Of a stretch of DNA of 31,393 nucleotides, positions 18,058-27,732 are shown piece after piece. The DNA comes from an uncultured Janthinobacterium sp. (GTDB lineage Bacteria; Vulcanimicrobiota; Vulcanimicrobiia; Vulcanimicrobiales; Vulcanimicrobiaceae), in the NCBI GenBank assembly GCA_964658025.1, contig CAZZXB010000007.1, positions 11,038 to 42,430 of the forward strand. Reading direction: 5' to 3'. The notes beneath the pieces are model-generated. The model saw only the letters and a program-made list of their open reading frames with translations, searched no databases and had not been told where the DNA came from. Numbering within the stretch: the stretch's first letter is position 1; each line of letters opens with the position of its first letter. Position numbers and translations under genes: made by a program.

Positions 18058-19561
18058 CTCCGTGACGCAAACGCATGCGCCTCGCCGCTTCGCGCTCGGG
18101 CTCGCGCTCCCATCGCAGGATCGCGAGACCGGCGGGCGAGAGGCCCTCGCACCAGGTGAAGTAATACCGGCGCGGCACGGTTCCGCCGTAGTAGTAGCCG
18201 TGGATGCCGCCGTCGACCACGCGCGCGCACGCCCGACGGAGGTGCGCCTCGATATCCGGACGCGTCGCGAGCGGTTCCTTGTCGACGAAGAGCGCGCGAT
18301 GCGGCTCGCGCGAGTCGGGATACCAATCGCGCGATTCGCGACCCTGCCAATCGTACCCGATGACGATCGGCGCGACGCCCGCATCGTAATCCATCACGGA
18401 CGAGAGCCCGTAGCCGTCGGTCATCACGACCGCGTCGCGCGCGGCCGCGACCTTCGCCGCGTCCTGCGCGACCATCGCGTACGTCATGATCTCGAAGGGG
18501 CCGCCGTTGCGGAGTTGCGCGCCCGTCTCGCGATGGATCATGTGATAGATCGGCACGGGCGTCAGGCAGAACAGTAAGATCGTCGGCACGAGGATCGCGC
18601 CCGGAACGGTGCAGATCGTGGTCCACACGATCCGCGCGCGATGCGAGAGTTGCACGTACGCGACGCCGAGCATCGCCGAGAGCGAGACGAGCGTTCCGAA
18701 GATCCAGTGGATCTCCACGCGCTCGACGAACGCGAGGAGCAACACGACGGCGAGTTGCGGGATCGCCGTCCACGCGAGAAAGGCGTTGCGCGGCCGGACC
18801 GCGAGCAGGAGCACCGCGATGAAGATCCCGGGCGAGTACGCCGCGGCTTGCGTGAGCACGAGATCGCGCACGCGGGCGAGCGAGAATCGATGGACTTCCT
18901 CGTGCCGGTAGATCAGCGCGAACGTGAACGTCACCCAATCGTGCGTCGCGTTCCACGCGAGGAAGGGCAGGCAGACGACGAGCGTCACGCCGAGCGCGAT
19001 CGGCATGCCGCGGCGCCACACGTGCCGCACGCGCGGCGCGCACGCGTACGCGACGACGCCGAACAATAACGCGAGGCCGAGGATGCGCGCGAGCTGCACG
19101 CCGCCGAGCGCGAGCCCGAAGAGCGCCCAATCGAGCGCGCGATCGTGGCGGAAGGCGCGCGCGCCGAACCAGATCGCGAGCGCCCAACACGCGAGATACG
19201 GACCGTCGGGCGAGGCGGAACCGAACGCGAGCGAGGCGAGCGGCATGAGCGCGAGCGCGAGCGCCGCGAGCGCCCCCGCGCGCCGGTCTCCCGTGATCTC
19301 CGTCGCGCATCCCGCGACGCCGACCGACGCGATCGCACCGCAGAGGACGAACCCGAGCCGCACGAATCCCGGCGCGTGGCCGAGCCACGAAAACGCGAAG
19401 ATCGTCCACGCGACGAGCGGCGGATGATCGACGTAGCCGAGCGCGAGGCGGCGGCTCCATTCCCAGTAATACGCTTCGTCGCCCGTGAGCGGAACCGTGA
19501 ACGCGACCAAGCCGCGCGCCAGCACGATCGCGGCGACGACGACCCAGACGAACGCCGTCAT
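18050..19561 (-). CDS. Glycosyltransferase family 39/83 (ArnT/PMT-like) membrane protein
   Basis: GDEAYYWEWSRRLALGYVDHPPL, SPDGP, PFLAWNATHDWVTF; many TM helices. Confidence 0.88.
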   Translation of the reverse strand: MTAFVWVVVAAIVLARGLVAFTVPLTGDEAYYWEWSRRLALGYVDHPPLVAWTIFAFSWLGHAPGFVRLGFVLCGAIASVGVAGCATEITGDRRAGALAALALALMPLASLAFGSASPDGPYLACWALAIWFGARAFRHDRALDWALFGLALGGVQLARILGLALLFGVVAYACAPRVRHVWRRGMPIALGVTLVVCLPFLAWNATHDWVTFTFALIYRHEEVHRFSLARVRDLVLTQAAAYSPGIFIAVLLLAVRPRNAFLAWTAIPQLAVVLLLAFVERVEIHWIFGTLVSLSAMLGVAYVQLSHRARIVWTTICTVPGAILVPTILLFCLTPVPIYHMIHRETGAQLRNGGPFEIMTYAMVAQDAAKVAAARDAVVMTDGYGLSSVMDYDAGVAPIVIGYDWQGRESRDWYPDSREPHRALFVDKEPLATRPDIEAHLRRACARVVDGGIHGYYYGGTVPRRYYFTWCEGLSPAGLAILRWEREPEREAARRMRLRHGDA

Positions 19562-20310
19562 TCGTGCGCCTCCACGCGTCCGCCGTTCACGCCGACGGTC
19601 GTCCCGTTGACGAAGCCCGCGTCGTCGGCCACGAGAAAGCGCACCGCATACGCGATGTCTTCCCAGGAACCCGCGTGACCCGTCGGATTGTTCGCCGGGA
19701 TCTCGCGCGCCGCCGCGCGATCCGCGTCCTTGTCGCGCACGTCGCCCGGCTCGACGACGTTGACGGTGATCCCGCGCTCCGCTTCCTCGAGCGCGAGCGT
19801 CCGCGCGAACGCGACGACGCCCGCCTTCGCCGCGCCGTAGAGGCTCATCCCGACGGCGGGTTGCGTGAGGTGCGATCCGTTCATCGCGAAATAGACGATC
19901 CGTCCGAAGCGACGGTCGCGCATCGACGGCAAGACCGCGAAGGCGCCCTCGACCGCGCTCGTGAGGTTGCCCTCGATCATCGCGCGATAGTCGTCGTTCG
20001 TCGCCTTCGCGAAGCGCTTGACGACGATCGGGCCGACCGCGTGCACGTAGATCTCCGGCGGTCCGGCCGCCGCCGACGCCGCGGATACGGCGCGTTCGGT
20101 CTCGCCCGCGATACCGTGGTCCGCCGCGATGGCGACGACCTCGGGATCGCCCGCGGCACGGACGGCCGCGAGCGTCTCGTCCGGCGACGAACCGCCGGGG
20201 CGATAGGTGAAAACGACGCGATAGCCCGAGCGCGCGAGATCGACGGCGATCCCGCGCGCCAGGCCACGCGCGGCGCTCGTGACGAGCGCCGTCCGACGTG
20301 GAAAGGGCAC
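19558..20310 (-). CDS. SDR-family oxidoreductase
   Basis: ALVTSAARGLA (atypical Gly motif), YGAAK, GITVNVVEPG, EDIAYAVRFL, VNGG. Confidence 0.9.
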   Translation of the reverse strand: MPFPRRTALVTSAARGLARGIAVDLARSGYRVVFTYRPGGSSPDETLAAVRAAGDPEVVAIAADHGIAGETERAVSAASAAAGPPEIYVHAVGPIVVKRFAKATNDDYRAMIEGNLTSAVEGAFAVLPSMRDRRFGRIVYFAMNGSHLTQPAVGMSLYGAAKAGVVAFARTLALEEAERGITVNVVEPGDVRDKDADRAAAREIPANNPTGHAGSWEDIAYAVRFLVADDAGFVNGTTVGVNGGRVEAHE

Positions 20311-20317
20311 GCCCGCC

Positions 20318-21361
20318 TTATTGCGCTTTGAGGCGAAGTCTCTTCTCGGCGCTCTCCTTGGTTTTCGGATCGGTCGAGGTGACGGTCAGCCCGATCGACG
20401 CGCCGCTCACCGTGTTGAGCGTGACGCTCTGCGTGAAATTGCCGGCGACGTCGGCCTGCAGATCGCCCGCGTAGTTCCCCGCGCCGAGGGCGAACCCGCC
20501 GACGCTCGCGGTCGCGCCCGCGACGATGTGGACGAGCGCGTTCGGAAGCGTACGACCCGTGACGGTGAAGGTTCCGCCGACCGTCGCCCCGTTCGCCGGC
20601 GCGGAGAGCGCGAGCGAGTTCTTCGCCGCGGCGGAACCCGACGTGAAGCTCCACGACTGCGAGAACGCGGCCCCGCCCTGCATCTTGCCCGTCACGACGA
20701 CCGTGTGCGCCATCGATTGCAACGGCGACGGCGGCGCGTAGATGAACCCGGTCGAGGAACGCGTCGACGACGACGTGACGTCGAGCCCGTCGAGGGAGAT
20801 CTTCACGGTGTTGGGATCGACCGCGGAGACGAAGTTCGAGGAGACCGTGGGCCGCTGCGAACCGACGAACGCGCTCGCGGCGGGCTCGAGATCCTTGAGC
20901 GCGGGCGGCATCGACGCGGCGGCCGCGGGGTGCGCGCCGCCGGTCGTCGTGAGCGCGACGATCTGGTGCGTCGCGTCGTAGTTCACGCCCGCGCCGAGCG
21001 CTTCCGAGACGAAGCGGAGCGGAACGTACGTGCTCGCGCCGACGATGAAGGGCGCGACGTCGAGCGTTTTCGATTGACCCGAAACCGTCGCTTGGGTGGA
21101 GCCGATGTGCAGGACGATCGTGCTGTTGTTTCCCGTCGCGTTGATCACGCCGCCCGCGTAGACGACGCTCGCGCCGAGGCGTTCGAACACGCCGCGGAGC
21201 GGCACGAAGACGCGACCCGCCTTTTCGATCGGCGGCGGCGCGAACGTCGCGGCCTGCCCGTCGACGGTGACGGAGATGGCGAGGGCGGGGACGCCCGCGG
21301 CGACGGCGGCGAGGACGCCCGCGAACGCGAGGACGAGCGGAACGGACGAACTGGACTTCAC
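20318..21361 (-). CDS. Secreted copper amine oxidase N-terminal (stalk) domain protein with Ig-like C-terminal domains
   Basis: GAGGAG RBS and signal peptide. Stalk repeats GRVFVPLRGVFERLGASV and TYVPLRFVSEALGAGV, then Ser/Thr-rich beta domains. Confidence 0.85.
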   Translation of the reverse strand: MKSSSSVPLVLAFAGVLAAVAAGVPALAISVTVDGQAATFAPPPIEKAGRVFVPLRGVFERLGASVVYAGGVINATGNNSTIVLHIGSTQATVSGQSKTLDVAPFIVGASTYVPLRFVSEALGAGVNYDATHQIVALTTTGGAHPAAAASMPPALKDLEPAASAFVGSQRPTVSSNFVSAVDPNTVKISLDGLDVTSSSTRSSTGFIYAPPSPLQSMAHTVVVTGKMQGGAAFSQSWSFTSGSAAAKNSLALSAPANGATVGGTFTVTGRTLPNALVHIVAGATASVGGFALGAGNYAGDLQADVAGNFTQSVTLNTVSGASIGLTVTSTDPKTKESAEKRLRLKAQ

Positions 21362-21410
21362 GAATACACTCCTCGAAAAGACGGCAATGGTTCCGGGGAG
21401 TGGCTTTGAC

Positions 21411-24400
21411 TCAGCCCTGCGCGGCGCCCGCCGAGGAGGTCGGCCGCTCGAAGGTCGGCACGGGCAGTCCGTCCCCGTGCGCCCCGTGCGCGCGCGCCTC
21501 TCGCCGCGCGACCCAGGTCATGACGAACGTGTAGACCACGGGGACGAGCACGAGCGTCAGCACGAGCGAGCTGAGCAATCCGCCGATGAGGACCGTCCCC
21601 ATCGACGCGCGCTGTTCGGCCCCTTCGGTGAGACCGAGCGAGAGCGGCAACATCCCGAAGATCATCGCGGCCGTGGTCATGAGGATCGGGCGGAAGCGCG
21701 TCGCCGCCGCCGCCTGCATCGCCGCGTAGACGTCGAGTCCGCGCGCCTTGCGCTGTTGGTTCGCGTAATCGACGAGCAGGATGCCGTTTTTCGCGACGAG
21801 TCCGAAGAGCATCACGATCGCGATGAGCGAGAAGAGATTGAGCGTCTGCTGGTGGATCGCGAGCCCGACGAGCGCGCCGACGATCGCGACCGGCACCGAG
21901 AACATGATCACGAACGGCTCGACGAACGAGCCGTAGAGCACGACCATGAGCATGTACACGAGCATGAACGACGTCGCGAGCGCGATCCCCATGCTCTGGA
22001 ACGTCTGGTTGAACAGATCCGCATCGCCGTCGGCGACGGCGTGGACGTCCGGGGGCAAGAATCCGGGCTGGTCGAGCTTCGCCTGAACCGGCGCGAGGAT
22101 CGCGCCGAGCGGCACGTTCGCCGCCTTATCGACGTCGGCCGAGACGCGTTCGACGCGGGCGCGCGCCTGGCGCTCGATCTTCGTCGGCGCCGACGTCTCC
22201 GTGAAGCTCGCGATCGCCGAGAGCGGGACGAGCATCCCGCTCGCCGCGCGTACTTTGAGTTCGCCGATCGTGGCGAGATCGCTACGGCGCGACGGCGGCA
22301 ACTCGAGCCGCACGTCGGTGAGTCCGTTCTCGAGACGGACGCGCGTGGAGATCGTGCCGCCGATCGCGATGCGCGCGACGGTCGCCGCATCGGCGGGCGC
22401 GATCCCGAGCACGTTCGCGCGACGCGCGTCGATGTCGATGTCGAGACGCGGTCCCTGCGCCTGCGCGCCCGATTGCACGTTGATCGCGCCGTGCTGCGCG
22501 CGGATGAGGTTCGCGAGCTTCGCCGCGGCCTCGTCGAGCGCGACGTCGGGTCCGGTCAGCGTGAACTCGATCGGCGATCCGCCGCCCCCGCCGCCGCCTT
22601 CCTGCGCGACGTGAAACTCCGCGCCGGGCAAGAAGACGCCGTAGCGACGGACGTCCGCGAGCACGCGTTCGGTCTCGCGACGTCGATCTTTTTTGAGGAT
22701 CACCGTGAACTGCGCGTACTGCCCGCCCGTCTCGGTCTCTTCGCCGAGTTGCTTGCTGCCGACCGTCGAGAGCACCGACTCCACGCCGTCGATCTTCACG
22801 AGACGTTGGGAGAGGCGCGTCATCACGTTTTCGGTCACCCCGAGCGGTTGACCGACGGGATACTGCAACGAGCCGAGCAGCGTCCCCGTGTTCGACGACG
22901 GGATGAACTCCGATCCGATGAAGCCGAGCGGGACGAGCGCGATCGATCCGACGACGAGCGCGAAACAGACGACGGGCACGAGGATCCGATGGCGTAGCGC
23001 CCACGGCAACGCGCGATGCGCGTACCACCGCTCGAGTCGTCCGAACGCGTTCATGAACCCGCGCGCCCACCACGGCACGCCGTGCGAGACGTGTTTGACC
23101 GACCACCGTCCGGCGAGTAACGGCGTGAGCGTGAACGAGACGAAGAGCGAGAAGAGCGTCGCGACGACGATCACGATGCCGAACTCGCGCATGTACTTGC
23201 CGACGATTCCGGAGAGGAACGCGATCGGCAGGAAGACGACGACGTCGACGAGCGTGATCGCGATCGCGGCGTTACCGATCTCGGTGCGTCCGTTATAGGC
23301 CGCGTCGCTCGCGGACTCGCCCATCTCGCGGTGACGCGTGATGTTCTCGAGGACGACGATCGAGTCGTCGACGAGGATGCCGATCGTGAGACCGAGACCC
23401 ATGAGCGAGATCACGTCGAGCGTGAGTCCCATCAGGCGCATTACGACGAACGTGGCGAGCAGCGACGACGGGATCGCGATCATGACGACGACCGCGTTCC
23501 GCCACGCGTGGAGGAAGAGCAGCATCACGATCGCCGTGAGCGCGATCCCCTCGAGCAGGCTCTGCAACACGCCGTTGACCGAGGCTTGCGTGTACTCGGC
23601 GTCCGCGTCGACCTCTTTGAACCTGACCTCGGGATAGCGTGCCGCGAGCTTCGCGAACGCTTCGCGCGTCGCGGCGGTCGTCTTCACCGTATCGGCGTCG
23701 ATCTGCCGCATCACGGAGAGCAGGATCGAGGGCTTGCCGTTGTAGCGCGAGGGCAGGCGCTGTTCGACGTGACCGTCTTCGACGCTCGCGACGTCGCCGA
23801 TCTTGAGGCTCGAGTTCGCGACGCCGATCTGCGAGCCGTTGAGCACCTGCATCGGAATCTGCGCGATGTCGCTCGGCTTCGCGATGTCGGCGTGGATCGA
23901 GACCGTCGTCTCGCGGATCGGCGAGTCCATCCGGCCGCCCGGGAGGTTCGCGTTGTTGTACGACAGCGCGCTATTGATGTCGGGGAGCGTCGTGTTCGTC
24001 GAGAGCAGACGTTGCTGATCGGGATAGACGTGGATCTCCCGCGCCGTGTTGCCCGCGGGCTGCACGTCCACGACGCCCGGAACGGCCTTGAGATCGGGGA
24101 CGATGTGTTGCGTCACGAGATCGGAGAGTTCGGCCGCCGACATCTTGTCGGAGGTCACCGCCTCGTCCAAGATCGGATTCGAGGCGTTCGAGAATTTCGA
24201 GACCGAGGGCGGTACGAGATCGGTCGGCATGTAGACGCGCGCCGTGTCGACGCGCCGCTGCACGTCGATCGTCTCGAAGTTGAGATCGGTATCGAGCTTG
24301 AAGCGCGCGACGATCACCGCGTCGCCTTCCTGAACGGTCGCGGAGAGGCGGTCGAGATTCTCCATGCCGTCGAGCTGATCTTCGATCGGCTTGACGACGA

Positions 24401-24584
24401 GCTTCTCCATCTCCGACGGCGACGCGCCGGGATAGGACGCTTCGACCGCGACGATCGGGAAGGCCACGTTCGGAAAAAGGTTGACGCCGAGCTGCGAGTA
24501 CGAGAAGAGTCCGTAGAGCGCGAGTCCGATGAAGACCATCGCGGTGATCACGGGACGACGGATAGCGAAGCGCGTCAGCCACAC
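21411..24584 (-). CDS. RND efflux permease (AcrB/AcrD/AcrF family)
   Basis: N-terminal AIRRPV, LFPNVAFP, YPGASP. TM4 GILVDDSIVVLEN, TM10 GLVAKNGILLVD, RFRPILMT; proton-relay residues intact. Confidence 0.95.
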   Translation of the reverse strand: MWLTRFAIRRPVITAMVFIGLALYGLFSYSQLGVNLFPNVAFPIVAVEASYPGASPSEMEKLVVKPIEDQLDGMENLDRLSATVQEGDAVIVARFKLDTDLNFETIDVQRRVDTARVYMPTDLVPPSVSKFSNASNPILDEAVTSDKMSAAELSDLVTQHIVPDLKAVPGVVDVQPAGNTAREIHVYPDQQRLLSTNTTLPDINSALSYNNANLPGGRMDSPIRETTVSIHADIAKPSDIAQIPMQVLNGSQIGVANSSLKIGDVASVEDGHVEQRLPSRYNGKPSILLSVMRQIDADTVKTTAATREAFAKLAARYPEVRFKEVDADAEYTQASVNGVLQSLLEGIALTAIVMLLFLHAWRNAVVVMIAIPSSLLATFVVMRLMGLTLDVISLMGLGLTIGILVDDSIVVLENITRHREMGESASDAAYNGRTEIGNAAIAITLVDVVVFLPIAFLSGIVGKYMREFGIVIVVATLFSLFVSFTLTPLLAGRWSVKHVSHGVPWWARGFMNAFGRLERWYAHRALPWALRHRILVPVVCFALVVGSIALVPLGFIGSEFIPSSNTGTLLGSLQYPVGQPLGVTENVMTRLSQRLVKIDGVESVLSTVGSKQLGEETETGGQYAQFTVILKKDRRRETERVLADVRRYGVFLPGAEFHVAQEGGGGGGGSPIEFTLTGPDVALDEAAAKLANLIRAQHGAINVQSGAQAQGPRLDIDIDARRANVLGIAPADAATVARIAIGGTISTRVRLENGLTDVRLELPPSRRSDLATIGELKVRAASGMLVPLSAIASFTETSAPTKIERQARARVERVSADVDKAANVPLGAILAPVQAKLDQPGFLPPDVHAVADGDADLFNQTFQSMGIALATSFMLVYMLMVVLYGSFVEPFVIMFSVPVAIVGALVGLAIHQQTLNLFSLIAIVMLFGLVAKNGILLVDYANQQRKARGLDVYAAMQAAAATRFRPILMTTAAMIFGMLPLSLGLTEGAEQRASMGTVLIGGLLSSLVLTLVLVPVVYTFVMTWVARREARAHGAHGDGLPVPTFERPTSSAGAAQG

Positions 24585-24690
24585 GACTCAGGAGCTCCCC
24601 GAAAAGCGATAACGCGCGGATGTACGCGGCGCGAGGCTCGATGTTTCGCGACGCACGGCCTCGTTCCGGCCGCCCGACGCGGCTCACGAC

Positions 24691-24720
24691 AAAAAGAGAG
24701 AACCGGTCGCCGGTTCTCTC
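24691..24720 (-). terminator. Intrinsic terminator downstream of tRNA-Leu
   Basis: Minus strand GAGAGAACCGG-CGA-CCGGTTCTCTC-TTTTT; perfect 11-bp stem with a U tract. Confidence 0.9.
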
Positions 24721-24730
24721 GGAGGATTCA

Positions 24731-24815
24731 TGCGGGAGACTGGACTCGAACCAGCACGGGATTGCTCCCGCTAGCACCTCAAGCTAGTGCGTCTACCAAA
24801 TTCCGCCACTCTCGC
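24731..24815 (-). tRNA. tRNA-Leu(GAG), CCA not encoded
   Basis: Minus strand GCGAGAG-TGGCGGAATTTGGTAGACGC-A-CTAGC-TTGAGGT-GCTAG, long variable arm, GGTTCGAGTCC, acceptor CTCCCGC-A. Confidence 0.96.
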
Positions 24816-24854
24816 ACGGATGCGCCCCGCGTTCCGCGGGAGCACGACTGCGGT

Positions 24855-24883
24855 ATTCTACCCGCTCGGTCCTCCGCACGCAA
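24855..24883 (-). promoter_or_regulatory. Sigma70-type promoter for tRNA-Leu
   Basis: Minus strand TTGCGT-N17-TAGAAT, about 40 nt upstream of the tRNA. Confidence 0.75.
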
Positions 24884-24937
24884 GGGCCCGGACGCCCGAT
24901 CGAGGCGCCCGGCCTCGGAGCCCCGGGAGCGGGCGAG

Positions 24938-25864
24938 CTACTTCATGTTGGGATCGAGCGCGTCGCGCAGGCCGTCGCCGAGGTAGTTGATCGCGAGGAC
25001 GGTCACGAGGATGCAGAGCCCGGGGAGGATCGCGACCCACGGTGCGATCGCCATGTTCGACTCGGCGTTCGCGAGCATGTTGCCCCAAGACGCCGTCGGC
25101 GGCTGGATGCCGAAGCCGAGAAAGGAGAGCGTCGATTCGAGGATGATGACGTTCGCGATCTCGAGCGTCGCCTGGACGATGAGCGGGGCGACCGCGTTCG
25201 GCAAGAGATGACGGAAGATGATCCGACCGTCGCTATTGCCGACGGCGCGCGCGGCCTCGCAGAACTCCTTTTCGCGCAGGCTCAAGAACGACGCGCGGAC
25301 GAGTCGCGCGACCGACGGCCACGAGGTCGCGCCGATGATCACGACGATCACGCCGAAACTGAGCGCGGCCTTCGTCGTGGTCGCCGAGACGATCGCCGTG
25401 AGCACGAGCAAGAGCGGCAGCAGCGGGATCGAGAGGAAGACGTCGGTGACCCGCATGATCGCGTAGTCGATCCAGCCGCCGTAGAAGCCCGCGATCGCGC
25501 CCGCGAACGTGCCGATCGCGATCTCCATGAGCACGGTCGCGAAGGCGACGGTGAGCGAGATCTGCGCGCCGTAGACGAGCCGCGCGAGGAGATCGCGACC
25601 GCTCTCGTCCGTGCCGAGGATGTGGCCCGCGATCCCGGGCGCGAGCGGCGGCCCCTGCCAGTTCACTTGATCGATGTTATTGGGATCTTGCAGCGGCAAG
25701 AGCTTCGCGCACGCCGCGATGGCGATGATGACGACCAGAACGAAGCCGCCGATCAGCGCGAGGCGGTGTTTGCGGAAGCGTTTCCAGACGGCGCGACGTT
25801 CGACCGCGACGTCGTCGCCCGTCGCGATCGCGCCCGCGGCGCCCGGAACGAGTGCGGTCGCCAT
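24938..25864 (-). CDS. Peptide/nickel ABC permease, OppC/DppC-like
   Basis: ATG at 25864. WKRFRKHRLA, HILGTDESGRDL, EAA motif EFCEAARAVG, RHLLPN, LSFLGFG, LGDGLRDALDP. Confidence 0.92.
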   Translation of the reverse strand: MATALVPGAAGAIATGDDVAVERRAVWKRFRKHRLALIGGFVLVVIIAIAACAKLLPLQDPNNIDQVNWQGPPLAPGIAGHILGTDESGRDLLARLVYGAQISLTVAFATVLMEIAIGTFAGAIAGFYGGWIDYAIMRVTDVFLSIPLLPLLLVLTAIVSATTTKAALSFGVIVVIIGATSWPSVARLVRASFLSLREKEFCEAARAVGNSDGRIIFRHLLPNAVAPLIVQATLEIANVIILESTLSFLGFGIQPPTASWGNMLANAESNMAIAPWVAILPGLCILVTVLAINYLGDGLRDALDPNMK

Positions 25865-26835
25865 CAGTCGTACTTCACGCGCGGATCGAGCCACGCGTAC
25901 GCGACGTCCGCGACGATGTTGAAGAACACGACGAGGATCGATACCATCATGAGATAGCCCATCAAGAGCGGAAAATCGAACTGACCGAGACCGTTGAAAA
26001 AGAGCCGACCCATGCCGGGCCACGCGAAGATCGTCTCGGTCACGACGGCACCCGCCACGAGCCCGGGCAACGAGAGCGCGACGATCGTGACGACGGGGAT
26101 GAGCGCGTTCTTGAGCCCGTGTCGGAGCACGATCCGCGCGCGATCGAGCCCCTTCGCGGCCGCCGTGCGCATGTAGTCCGTCTTGACGACTTCGAGCATC
26201 GAGCTCCGCGTGAAGCGGCTCCACGTCGCGATGTACGCGAGGCTGAGCACGATCGTCGGAAGGACGAGATGTTGGAGACGATCGCCGAGATCGAAATCGT
26301 CGCTCGACGAGATCCCCGCCGACGGGAGCGCGATATGGTAGCCGAACGCGGTGATCCCGGCGACCGCGAAGATGAGTTGCAGCATGAGCGCGAACCAGAA
26401 CACCGGCATCGACTGCCCGAAAAACGCGAACGTCGTGACGAGATAGTCGAGCCACGAATACGGTCGCAGCGCCGCGACGATCCCGAAGGTCACGCCGACG
26501 ATCAGCGAGAGCGCGAACGACGCGCCCATGAGGAGGAGCGTCGCCGGCATGCGCTCGACGATCGCCGTCACGACGTCCTCGGAGTTCGACGTCGAGTAGC
26601 CGAGATTACCTTGGACCACCATCCCGAGCCAGCGGACGTAGCGGATCGGGAGCGGCTGGTCGAGCCCGAAGTTGTGTTTGAGTCGCGCGATATCGGCTTC
26701 GGTGATGTGCGGATTCTGCAGGTACGGACCGAGCGGCCCGCCCGGCGCGTTGCTCAAGATCCAATAGAGGATCATCGAGATCAACAGCAAGAGCGGGATC
26801 GCTTGCAGCGTGCGGCGGACGACGTAGATGAGCAG
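25864..26835 (-). CDS. Peptide/nickel ABC permease, OppB/DppB-like
   Basis: Conserved N-terminus (L)LIYVVRRTLQAIPLL begins at CTG 26835. GLDQPLPIRY, DYMRTAAAKGL, HGLKNALIP, ETIFAWPGMG, YAWLDPRV. Confidence 0.92.
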   Translation of the reverse strand: MLIYVVRRTLQAIPLLLLISMILYWILSNAPGGPLGPYLQNPHITEADIARLKHNFGLDQPLPIRYVRWLGMVVQGNLGYSTSNSEDVVTAIVERMPATLLLMGASFALSLIVGVTFGIVAALRPYSWLDYLVTTFAFFGQSMPVFWFALMLQLIFAVAGITAFGYHIALPSAGISSSDDFDLGDRLQHLVLPTIVLSLAYIATWSRFTRSSMLEVVKTDYMRTAAAKGLDRARIVLRHGLKNALIPVVTIVALSLPGLVAGAVVTETIFAWPGMGRLFFNGLGQFDFPLLMGYLMMVSILVVFFNIVADVAYAWLDPRVKYD

Positions 26836-26874
26836 TTGGCGCGCGACCTCGTGACGACGGGAGGTGCGCGTCGA

Positions 26875-27732
26875 TTAGGGCGACGCCGATTCCATTCCTG
26901 TAGCGGACGCGCGCGATCGCAGCGGCGGCAGGCCCAGGATCTCCCGCGCGCGGTCGGGCGTGGCGACCTCGCGACCGAGTTCGGCCGCGATCCGCGCGAC
27001 GCGCGCGACGAGCTCGTCGTTGCTCGCGAGACGACCCTTCGAATAATACAGATTGTCCTCGATGCCGACGCGCACGTGACCGCCCGTCGCGAGCGCGACC
27101 ATCGCGAGCGGGAGCTGATCGCGCCCGATCCCCGCGACCGACCACGTACATCCCGCGGGCAACGCGTCGACGAGAAACATCAGATTGCGCGCCGAGGCCT
27201 CGAGCCCGCCCGGGACGCCGAGCACGAAATCGACGTGTTGCGGGAACGACAGCACGCCTTCGCGCGCCAGACGTTTCGCGTTCGCGAGATGACCCGCGTC
27301 GAAGATCTCGAGCTCGGGCCGGACGTCGTTTCGATCCATCTCCGCGAGGATCTCGCGCATGAGCGGAAAGCCGTTCTCGAAGATCTCGTCGCCGAAGTTC
27401 ACGGTACCGCAGGTGAGCGTGGCCATCTCCGGCCGCGCCCGGAGCGGCGCGGCGCGTTCCGCCGCGGTCATGCCGATCGCCCCACCCGTCGTGAACTGCA
27501 CGATGATGTCGGAGACGGCGCGGATCGCTCCGTAGCCCGCGGCGAAACGTGCGGGGTCGGCGGTGTTGCGGCCGTCGTCGGTTCGCGCGTGAACGTGGAT
27601 CATCGCGGCGCCCGCGTCGCGACACGCGCGCGCCGTCGCGGCGAGCGCCGCCGGATCCAGGGGGAGGTGCGGCGTCTGATCGGGACGGAGTTCGGCTCCG
27701 ACCGGCGCGACCGTGATGATGACGGGATCCAT
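26875..27732 (-). CDS. kce: 3-keto-5-aminohexanoate cleavage enzyme (BKACE family)
   Basis: IITVAPVGAE (Kce-type Glu), Zn-binding HVH, TTGG, GTVNFG, PELEIFD, HVRVGIEDN, SNDELV. Confidence 0.85.
   Translation of the reverse strand: MDPVIITVAPVGAELRPDQTPHLPLDPAALAATARACRDAGAAMIHVHARTDDGRNTADPARFAAGYGAIRAVSDIIVQFTTGGAIGMTAAERAAPLRARPEMATLTCGTVNFGDEIFENGFPLMREILAEMDRNDVRPELEIFDAGHLANAKRLAREGVLSFPQHVDFVLGVPGGLEASARNLMFLVDALPAGCTWSVAGIGRDQLPLAMVALATGGHVRVGIEDNLYYSKGRLASNDELVARVARIAAELGREVATPDRAREILGLPPLRSRASATGMESASP

Noticed and set aside
24585..24731. Island integrated at the tRNA-Leu 3' end
   Set aside because: No integrase, no duplicated tRNA 3' fragment seen, and the native terminator follows directly.
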